From assembly GCF_000223395.1 (NCBI RefSeq), contig NC_015931.1, positions 720,001 through 752,000 of the forward strand: a stretch of 32,000 nt of DNA, in the 5' to 3' direction. This DNA comes from Pyrolobus fumarii 1A (GTDB lineage Archaea > Thermoproteota > Thermoprotei_A > Sulfolobales > Pyrodictiaceae). A program made the translations under genes and the position numbers. Position 1 is the stretch's first letter. Every line of letters starts with the position of its first letter. Shown piece by piece: positions 17,023-23,980 of this stretch. The notes beneath the pieces are model-generated. The model had not been told where the DNA came from, searched no databases, and saw only the letters and a program-made list of their open reading frames with translations.

Positions 17023-17077
17023 ACCCCAGACACCCGCCGTCACTTTTCCATGTCTTTGATTGTTCACAATATGCGAC

Positions 17078-17085
17078 TATTTAAA
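17078..17085 (-). promoter_or_regulatory. TATA box (TTTAAATA on the minus strand) for the octahaem cytochrome gene
   Basis: The + strand tatttaaa at 17078-17085 matches the archaeal consensus. Its position implies a TSS near 17055, downstream of GTG 17067, which favours ATG 17022 as the start. Confidence 0.45.
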
Positions 17086-17285
17086 CAAAACTTTACGCGA
17101 GCAATCTATTCACAAAAACACACGTTAATTTCAAATCGTTAATTTCTGTTAAGGTTAGAGAGGGGTGTTCGCGATTACGTCATGTACAAAACATGATCGC
17201 GGCTTCAACGTGTATTATTATCACGCAATCACGAATAGGTAGACAAGCATACACGCTTCAACATAAAAACACAAGGTTGGAAAAA

Positions 17286-18044
17286 TCACTTTTTCCTACG
17301 AGAATAGATATAGTCGGCTACCGTGTAGATGGCTAGCGCTGCACCAACAGCCAATGCGACGTTGAGCAGCATTGATGTTAACATTGTATTATTATCTCTA
17401 CCTTCCTCCCTAACGACAACTATGTTTACTGTGGGTGCCGTGTCGGACGTCGTGTATATGTTGATGTCACCTCCTGGTATCTTCTGGCCAGTCTCGTTGT
17501 CGAAAAGCGCTAGCCGTATCTTGAAGAAGTACTGAGCCTCGTGTACACCAGGAGTCGCGTTGAAGTATCGCTCATGGGCTATTATCGATATTTGGCGTGT
17601 AACCGTGTTCTCGTACACAGGCCTTATAGCAGCATGTAAGGCCCCGGATCCTATTACTGCTCCGCCCTCGCCCCACTCCCACATAGACTCTACTGGTTTG
17701 AAGAGTGTTGGGTCTATCCGATATCCTGGGTCTACCACTTGTATTGTGATTATTCCGTCCCAGGGGCCAGTCCAGTTGACATGTACAGTAACGTTGACAA
17801 CTCCTAGTATGTTGGGAGGCCGCAGGTATAGAGTGTCAGGATAGTATATGTCTGCGTATACCTCGATTGTAGTGTTATCCGTCAATCTCTGGTATACTGG
17901 GCCCATGCGCGCATGTAGTATGTGGATTGTTATTTCGCGGCTGTTAGCGAAGCTCGTCATGTACACCAGGGGTATCAGTATCAACAGGATTGCCGAGACC
18001 GCTACTATAGGATGGACGCTGCGCCTAGCCTCCACGGCTATCAC
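17286..18044 (-). CDS. Bitopic surface protein (N-terminal TM, beta-rich sequon-rich ectodomain, C-terminal TM and basic tail); unknown function
   Basis: 252 aa. N-terminal helix is IVAVSAILLILIPLVYM and the C-terminus is LLNVALAVGAALAIYTVADYIYSRRKK. Sequons NTT, NVT, NWT, NAT, NET and NNT are present. The GTGA start/stop overlaps the upstream gene at 18041-18044. Confidence 0.6.
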   Translation of the reverse strand: MIAVEARRSVHPIVAVSAILLILIPLVYMTSFANSREITIHILHARMGPVYQRLTDNTTIEVYADIYYPDTLYLRPPNILGVVNVTVHVNWTGPWDGIITIQVVDPGYRIDPTLFKPVESMWEWGEGGAVIGSGALHAAIRPVYENTVTRQISIIAHERYFNATPGVHEAQYFFKIRLALFDNETGQKIPGGDINIYTTSDTAPTVNIVVVREEGRDNNTMLTSMLLNVALAVGAALAIYTVADYIYSRRKK

Positions 18045-19018
18045 CTCGCAATGTTCTCAAGGTAGTCCATCACGGTGTATATGTCGCCACGCTGGTATAC
18101 CTTGTTGTTGAATACTAGAACAGTGTCAATGTCGCTCCACCTTAGACCGATATAGGCGAATAGTTTGTCAATGCCATTCTTGACGCTGTTGCTCGTCTCG
18201 AAGAACTCTAGCGTAGGGTCTGCGATGACGAATGTCTTTAGAGGCTTGACATATGCTATGCTCACACAATGGTTGTATCCTTCTTTACCAAAGAAGCACA
18301 TGACCCAGGCGTCTCCAAAGCTACCGAGATACTCTAGATAGAGGCTTGTTAGGAGGATAGCCTTGTCCTCGCAGTCGCCAGCCTTGCGTATCAAAGTCTC
18401 AAGCGGTGTTTGTATATAGTTATCGGTCTTCTTTATCTTGAATGCATATACATATTTCTTTCCATTCATGTCTACGTACTTCACGTCACTTATTACTACA
18501 AATGGGTGGTCGGGGCTCGTCTTCACCTCCCTGACCGTGTAGTTATAGAGCATCTCCATGTGTTTCAGCGCCTTTTTGGGGTTGAATAGGGGGACTCCAA
18601 CGACCTCCATTACTATATCTGCAACCCTACCTGGGGTCACGTACTGTCTAACATCCTGCGTGTAGTATGCCCGGGGATATGTTAGCTTGAACAACTCTGT
18701 TATACTCGCATTGAGGTTCTCTAGTATCCTCGTGACGACGAGCGCCTCTTTGAGAGTCTCATTAGCTGTTGTTACCAGCTCTGCGAGCCTCCTTAATCGC
18801 TCGCGCAGCGTCTTTATCTGAAGTAGCAGGGCTGTATTGTTATCCTCTAGTTTTGCGGCACGTTTAGCGAGTAGCGTAAACGTCTCGTTAAGGCTGCTGT
18901 AAGCTTCGAGGAGTTTGTTGTACTTGTTCACTTGTTGAGTATAGAGTGTTGCCCAAACAGCGTTGCTCGCGGCCAGCGCAACTAGCAGGAGGAGCACTAC
19001 ACCGCGCTTGTCTACCAT
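18041..19018 (-). CDS. Membrane-anchored transglutaminase-like (Cys-His-Asp papain-fold) protein with coiled-coil N-terminal region
   Basis: Signal/TM is VVLLLLVALAASNAVWA. A heptad-rich segment follows (LLEAYSSLNETFTLLAKRAAKLEDNNTALLLQIKTLRERLRRLAEL). The TGase-core pattern is AGDCEDKAILLTSLYL ... YNHCVSIAYV ... IADPT. Confidence 0.65.
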   Translation of the reverse strand: MVDKRGVVLLLLVALAASNAVWATLYTQQVNKYNKLLEAYSSLNETFTLLAKRAAKLEDNNTALLLQIKTLRERLRRLAELVTTANETLKEALVVTRILENLNASITELFKLTYPRAYYTQDVRQYVTPGRVADIVMEVVGVPLFNPKKALKHMEMLYNYTVREVKTSPDHPFVVISDVKYVDMNGKKYVYAFKIKKTDNYIQTPLETLIRKAGDCEDKAILLTSLYLEYLGSFGDAWVMCFFGKEGYNHCVSIAYVKPLKTFVIADPTLEFFETSNSVKNGIDKLFAYIGLRWSDIDTVLVFNNKVYQRGDIYTVMDYLENIAR

Positions 19019-19106
19019 TATTCTTGACCCGTTACTTCTCTTTGAAAAAACGGTGAGATAATTTTGTTAATTTTATTCTCGCTTGTTGCTAGAATAAATC
19101 GAAATC

Positions 19107-19823
19107 TTACTGCTCTGACTTCTTTCTGCGGAAGCGCGCGTAAACCATTGCATGGTCCTTGTCGAATGGCTCTAGATGGACCATATCTACGATCTCGAAA
19201 CCTCTCTGTTTCAGTACCTCGATCTCGCGCTTGAACACCTCGCTGGGCTCCTTGGTGACGTCGATGCTTCTTGCCTTGATTGCTAGTAGTAGCCAGCCGC
19301 CATCACGCAGGAAGAAGTCGGCATTGTCAGCCACTAGGGCTGCCTGCTCCGGCTGTGCAACGTCCGCATAGATGCCGTCCACCATCTCCACTATGTAGCG
19401 ATACTCGTGTGGCTTGCGCGCATCGCCTAGAATCGGGTAGAGGTTTGGCCTAGACTCTGCAACAACGACCAACTCTCTCATGACACGGGGGGCAAACTCT
19501 ACTGCAAACACCTTACCCTTCTCGCCGACAATGTCGGACACGTGGCTGGGTGTTGTACCAGTCGCAGCACCAAGGTATAGGACGCGGTCACCCTCCTTCA
19601 CCGGCAGCTCCTCGAGGCCCTTTAGGAGTGCTGCCGCGAGCTTGCTACGGTACGGGTTCCACTCGCGATACTCAGCATCCTTCCACTTGAAGAGCCTCTC
19701 GCCATAGACCCTCTGGCCCGGCACGAGGTTCTTGGTGGCGAGCCTGGTAGAGCCGTCCTCGAGCTCGACAATATACACGCCCTTGTATTTCTCGTGCTCG
19801 TAGATGTTTACTACCTCGGACAT
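19107..19823 (-). CDS. flpA: Fibrillarin, C/D box sRNP 2'-O-methyltransferase
   Basis: Fibrillarin-typical sequences [40 protein letters not shown] and DVAQPEQA. 238 aa. Confidence 0.9.
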   Translation of the reverse strand: MSEVVNIYEHEKYKGVYIVELEDGSTRLATKNLVPGQRVYGERLFKWKDAEYREWNPYRSKLAAALLKGLEELPVKEGDRVLYLGAATGTTPSHVSDIVGEKGKVFAVEFAPRVMRELVVVAESRPNLYPILGDARKPHEYRYIVEMVDGIYADVAQPEQAALVADNADFFLRDGGWLLLAIKARSIDVTKEPSEVFKREIEVLKQRGFEIVDMVHLEPFDKDHAMVYARFRRKKSEQ

Positions 19824-19857
19824 TATGCTCCCCTACCTCGCAAGGCTCTACTAGGGC

Positions 19858-19866
19858 TTATATATA
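19858..19866. promoter_or_regulatory. Near-palindromic TATA element (TTATATATA) in the divergent flpA / M28-peptidase intergenic region
   Basis: It lies 35-43 nt from the flpA ATG (19823) and 49 nt from the peptidase TTG (19915), which is preceded by GGGGGTGG. It could serve either or both directions. Confidence 0.35.
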
Positions 19867-19914
19867 GTATCGCGGCTTGTGTAGCGCGAGGCGCTTCCTT
19901 GGGGGTGGCCATAG

Positions 19915-21621
19915 TTGCAACTTAACGTGCGCCAAGTCCTTGAGAGGCTAGCGGGCTTCGGGGAGGCTGTTGCGGGCTCTGAGGAGGCGAGAGCATTATC
20001 CGAGGAGCTTGCACGCCTCGTAGAGGAGGTTACCGGTACAGCACCCCGCGTTGTTAGGTTCCCGGTGGCCACGTGGAGAGACGAAGGCGCCATAGTTGAG
20101 TGTGGTGGGTTGCGTCTCGAGGCTCGTGTTCTACCCCAGACTCTAGGTGGCATAGAGGCTGGTAGGCTGGTAGAAGTGCACTGTACCACGCCACGCTGCT
20201 TCCAGCATGTTTCTCCCGGTGACGTGGTTGTTGCACGACTGCCAGAGGATCCGGATGACGTGACTACCCTCTATGTACACGCGTTGGAGGCTGGCGCCTC
20301 AGCCCTGATAGTTTATGATCGGTGGCCCGGTAGGTTCAGGCGTATCGTTGTCAGCGGGCGCTGGGATTACGCGTGGCTTCCGTCACCAGCCCCCATGCCA
20401 GCTGTGCACATGCGAGCCGAGGATGGCTCAAAGCTTGTAAAGCTGTGCACGGGTATGAGGGTGCGCGTGGAGGCCAGCGCTTCGATTAGGGAGGGTCAGG
20501 GTAGAACACTGGAGCTGTTGCTGAATGAGGGTGAAGAGCGCGAGATAATTATCATGGCGCATTACGATCATTGGCTGAGTGGCGCTGGTGATAACCTTGC
20601 TGGTGTTGTGTCACTCCTCGAGGCGCTTAGAGTTATCCGAGGAGAGGGTGTGAAGGGTTTCACACTGCGCGCGTTACTCCTCGACGCTGAGGAGTTTGGA
20701 GACCCGATGCTACCAGCATGGTATTGGTCGTACGGCTCTAGATGGTATGCTAAGATGCTCTCTGATACCGAGCTGCTAGACCAGGTTGTACTTGCGTTGA
20801 ACCTCGATCTTCCTGTATTGAGGCGGTTAAAGCTGGCCGCTACTCCCGAGGTTCGCGGCCTAGTGGAGCGCCTAGCTAGCAACACGCTAGAGTTTGACGT
20901 TGAGGAGTTCGAGACGTGCTATTCTGACGGTTACCAGTTTGCGAAGCTGGGCGTCCCCTCGGCAACGCTATACAACGTTGAGGATTACGTTGAGTGGTAT
21001 CATACCGATGCGGATACCCCAAGTGTACCCGATGAAGTCGCCATTATCGAGGCTGGGAGGCTTGCTGGCCGAGTAGCCCTGGAGGCCGGGAGGCTGGGGC
21101 CAAAGGCGCTCGACTACAGGGGCTACATTCGCGTCTTGGAGAGTATCGCTCACGAGGCTCCTCTAGAGTACCGCCGCGGTGTATACATGCTGTCCGAGGA
21201 GGCGCGTCTCGCGCTTGAACGCGAAGACTATGACGGGTTGCACCGTGCATTTCGCCTGGTGAACATGACACTTGGCCACTGCGTGTTCCTCGGTGATTAC
21301 AAGTGGGACTCGGGTGGGTTCCGTGCGATGCTTGCACCCAGGCTTAGAGTGGTACTTGAGGAGTTTAGGAGAGTTCTTGACAAGCGTGTAGGGGGGCCTG
21401 GCGACGTTGTCATCCCCGGCGTAGAGGATCACCTAGCAGTAGCGTTACCGCAACCCGTGAAGCTCTGGGTGTATAAGAGGGGTGCTGCCTTAACCCGCCA
21501 GTTCTGGGAGGCTCTCGAGAGTGCATTTAAACACGCTGTTGTTGACGCCGCAAGGAGTGTAGCCGAGGCTCTTGTCGAGGCCTACGAGGTGCTACGGGCA
21601 CGCCGCGAAACTGCACGTTGA
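19915..21621 (+). CDS. M28-family metallopeptidase with PA-like domain
   Basis: IIIMAHYDHWLSGAGDNLAGVVSLLEA and LLLDAEEFG are the M28 zinc-ligand motifs (H.D...GA.DN.sG, .EE.G). TTG start. Confidence 0.8.
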   Translation: MQLNVRQVLERLAGFGEAVAGSEEARALSEELARLVEEVTGTAPRVVRFPVATWRDEGAIVECGGLRLEARVLPQTLGGIEAGRLVEVHCTTPRCFQHVSPGDVVVARLPEDPDDVTTLYVHALEAGASALIVYDRWPGRFRRIVVSGRWDYAWLPSPAPMPAVHMRAEDGSKLVKLCTGMRVRVEASASIREGQGRTLELLLNEGEEREIIIMAHYDHWLSGAGDNLAGVVSLLEALRVIRGEGVKGFTLRALLLDAEEFGDPMLPAWYWSYGSRWYAKMLSDTELLDQVVLALNLDLPVLRRLKLAATPEVRGLVERLASNTLEFDVEEFETCYSDGYQFAKLGVPSATLYNVEDYVEWYHTDADTPSVPDEVAIIEAGRLAGRVALEAGRLGPKALDYRGYIRVLESIAHEAPLEYRRGVYMLSEEARLALEREDYDGLHRAFRLVNMTLGHCVFLGDYKWDSGGFRAMLAPRLRVVLEEFRRVLDKRVGGPGDVVIPGVEDHLAVALPQPVKLWVYKRGAALTRQFWEALESAFKHAVVDAARSVAEALVEAYEVLRARRETAR

Positions 21622-22457
21622 AGAGCCTCTAATGCCGCTTTTCTAGCTGCCTGGTATAGCTTCTCGCTAGGATCTATTCCGAGCCATATACGGTCTGCCT
21701 CAAGCGCCTGCCAGACAAGCATGCACAGCCCGTCTACAGTCCGTGCATTTCTTTCCCTAGCTGCACGGATTAGAGGCGTTTCTAACGGCTTATAGATAGC
21801 GTCAAACACGACATGCTTAGGGCTTATCGCATCCGTGTCTACTGGTGGCGCACCCCCGACCCCCTCCATGCCAAGAGGTGTCGCGTTGAACAACACATCC
21901 GCCTCCTCTATGGCCTCTCGGGGCGGAGGCCACGCTACGACACGTGCACGTAGTCCTAGGGCCTCCGCGATACCCGCAAGCTGGACAGCCCTGCTCCTGG
22001 TACGATTAGAGATTATGACTGTAGATGCCCCAAGATGCTGCGCGGCTAGCACCGCCGCTTTGGCTGCGCCACCCGCCCCTAGTACTAGCATCGTAAACCC
22101 GTCCGACGCTAGACCCCTCAAACACCTCTCTACACCATACACGTCTGTGTTGAAGCAGTGGAGTTTTGCACCCTCAACCTTTACCGTGTTTACCGCGCCG
22201 AGGATGCTTACCTCGCTGGACTCGCTATCACAGTGCGCCCGGACGCGTTCCTTGTGTGGAATGGTTACGTTGAAACCGTTAGCTAGGTTTCTCAAACCCT
22301 CGACAACAAAATGCACCTCGCGCCCCTCTACGTCCCAGAGGAGGTAAACTGCCTCGACACCCACTTTACGATAGACACTCTCGTGTATAACTGGGCTGAG
22401 GCTTTGAGCCACGGGGTGACCGATAAGACCATAGAGTCGCTTAGGACCCACCAGCAC
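21582..22457 (-). CDS. aroE: Shikimate 5-dehydrogenase
   Basis: LYGLIGHPVAQSLSPVIHE, NVTIPHK, NTD and LVLGAGGAAKA are canonical AroE motifs. Confidence 0.85.
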   Translation of the reverse strand: MLVGPKRLYGLIGHPVAQSLSPVIHESVYRKVGVEAVYLLWDVEGREVHFVVEGLRNLANGFNVTIPHKERVRAHCDSESSEVSILGAVNTVKVEGAKLHCFNTDVYGVERCLRGLASDGFTMLVLGAGGAAKAAVLAAQHLGASTVIISNRTRSRAVQLAGIAEALGLRARVVAWPPPREAIEEADVLFNATPLGMEGVGGAPPVDTDAISPKHVVFDAIYKPLETPLIRAARERNARTVDGLCMLVWQALEADRIWLGIDPSEKLYQAARKAALEALQRAVSRRARSTS

Positions 22458-23559
22458 GGTTAGACACCAGCCAGCAGGCTGTCCTATGCCCTGCTCCCAC
22501 CTCTACTAGCGGAGGCTCTCTAGTCTCACAGGCTGTACGCACCTCTGGATGCTCGTCTAGCGCGACGCATCTCGGTGCAAATCTACAACCCCTCGGGAGG
22601 TTTATCGGGTTCGGCACCTCGCCCTTGATCGGCACCTCACGATACTTCAGTCGGTTGCTCGGATCGGGTTCCGGCACGGCTGCTAGGAGGGCACGCGTGT
22701 ACGGATGACGCGGGTTCCCTATCACCTCGTCAGCTGGTCCCTCCTCCACAATGCGTCCGAGGTACATCACGGCTATCCTATCACAGACGTATCTTGCAGT
22801 AGCGAGATCATGCGTTATGAAGAGGAATGATATACCCATGTCGCGCTGCAAGCTCTTCAACAACTCGAGTATCTCTGCACGTATGCTAACATCGAGCATT
22901 GATACCGGCTCATCCGCCACTATGAACCTAGGATGCAACACAAGCGCTCTTGCTATTGCAACTCTTTGCCTCTGTCCTCCGCTCAGCTGATGCGGATAGC
23001 GGCTCATGTACTCCTCCGGCGGGGTCAATTTTACCGCCTCAAGAGCCTCAATTACGATTTTACGACGCTTACCTGGATCCTTTACACCATGCACGATGAG
23101 CGGCTCCTCTAGTATCTGGCGTATCCTGTACCTCGGGTTGAGGCTACCGTAAGGATCCTGGTGCACTAGCTGCATGTCGCGCCTAACGATCCTCATAGCC
23201 TTTTCCGGTATCCTGACTATATCGACAAACCCGTCGCTGAACACAGCGCCATTCTTTCCACCTAGTAACTTTCGAAGAGCGTCTATAATCTCGTCCCTCG
23301 GCCTGAAGTAAATGTCGCCACTAGTGATCGGCACTAGGCGTAGTATGGCTCTACCCGTTGTGGTTTTACCACAACCACTCTCTCCAACGAGGCAGTAGAA
23401 CTCCGAGCGATGTATCACGAAGCTAACACCGTCAACCGCATGTACAACGCGCGGAGGCCTCCTCTTGACTATCTCCGTTAGACTCCTACGTAACGGGAAG
23501 TACACCTTGAGATTCTTAACTACGAGGAGCCTCTCGCTCCCCGCCACGGTATGCTTCAC
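22441..23559 (-). CDS. ABC transporter ATP-binding protein of the Opp/Dpp/Nik (OppF-like) type
   Basis: Walker A GESGCGKTT, signature LSGGQRQRVAIARAL and Walker B IVADEPVSMLD. The C-terminal extension with NPRHPYTRALL matches the oligopeptide-type NBD tail. Confidence 0.9.
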   Translation of the reverse strand: MKHTVAGSERLLVVKNLKVYFPLRRSLTEIVKRRPPRVVHAVDGVSFVIHRSEFYCLVGESGCGKTTTGRAILRLVPITSGDIYFRPRDEIIDALRKLLGGKNGAVFSDGFVDIVRIPEKAMRIVRRDMQLVHQDPYGSLNPRYRIRQILEEPLIVHGVKDPGKRRKIVIEALEAVKLTPPEEYMSRYPHQLSGGQRQRVAIARALVLHPRFIVADEPVSMLDVSIRAEILELLKSLQRDMGISFLFITHDLATARYVCDRIAVMYLGRIVEEGPADEVIGNPRHPYTRALLAAVPEPDPSNRLKYREVPIKGEVPNPINLPRGCRFAPRCVALDEHPEVRTACETREPPLVEVGAGHRTACWLVSNRAGGS

Positions 23560-23977
23560 GCTCCCCGCTCAACTGCAAGACGCTGAGGGGTATGTACCTC
23601 GCTGTGCAACCCGGCAACGAGAGAATGCTCCTAGCGAGGCTCGTTATCCTATCAGACTCGCCAGCAACCACAAGCAAGTCAATGCAATACTCGTCTAGAT
23701 GTGTATGCATATGCCCACGCACAACATCCATATATTCTTCTACGATCTCACGAAGCTTACTCGTTTCACCCTCTTTCGACCAGACTATTATCACGCCACG
23801 ACAATAATGAGGCTTTGCAAGATGCACATAGTCGTGTATGAATGTCCGTAGCGCCTCAGTTATCAAGCTAGAGCGATCCTTTCCGAGCAGCTTTGCTAGA
23901 GTATCAAGGCTTGCCGCCAAATCAGCTGGTATTGATACTCCGAAACGCCTTCTCCTAGCCTGTTGCGAGGCCAACAC
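23516..23977 (-). CDS. nikR: NikR-type nickel-responsive transcriptional regulator (RHH plus metal-binding ACT-like domain)
   Basis: The N-terminal RFGVSIPADLAASLDTLAKLLGKDRSSLITEALRTFI is a ribbon-helix-helix. The C-terminal RGHMHTHLDEYCIDLLVVAG carries the NikR HxH....C nickel-site pattern. GTG start. Confidence 0.8.
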   Translation of the reverse strand: MLASQQARRRRFGVSIPADLAASLDTLAKLLGKDRSSLITEALRTFIHDYVHLAKPHYCRGVIIVWSKEGETSKLREIVEEYMDVVRGHMHTHLDEYCIDLLVVAGESDRITSLARSILSLPGCTARYIPLSVLQLSGEREAYRGGEREAPRS

Positions 23978-23980
23978 GCT

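Noticed and set aside
21835-22347. 170-aa + strand ORF inside aroE
   Set aside because: It is a shadow ORF. The opposite frame carries canonical shikimate dehydrogenase motifs.
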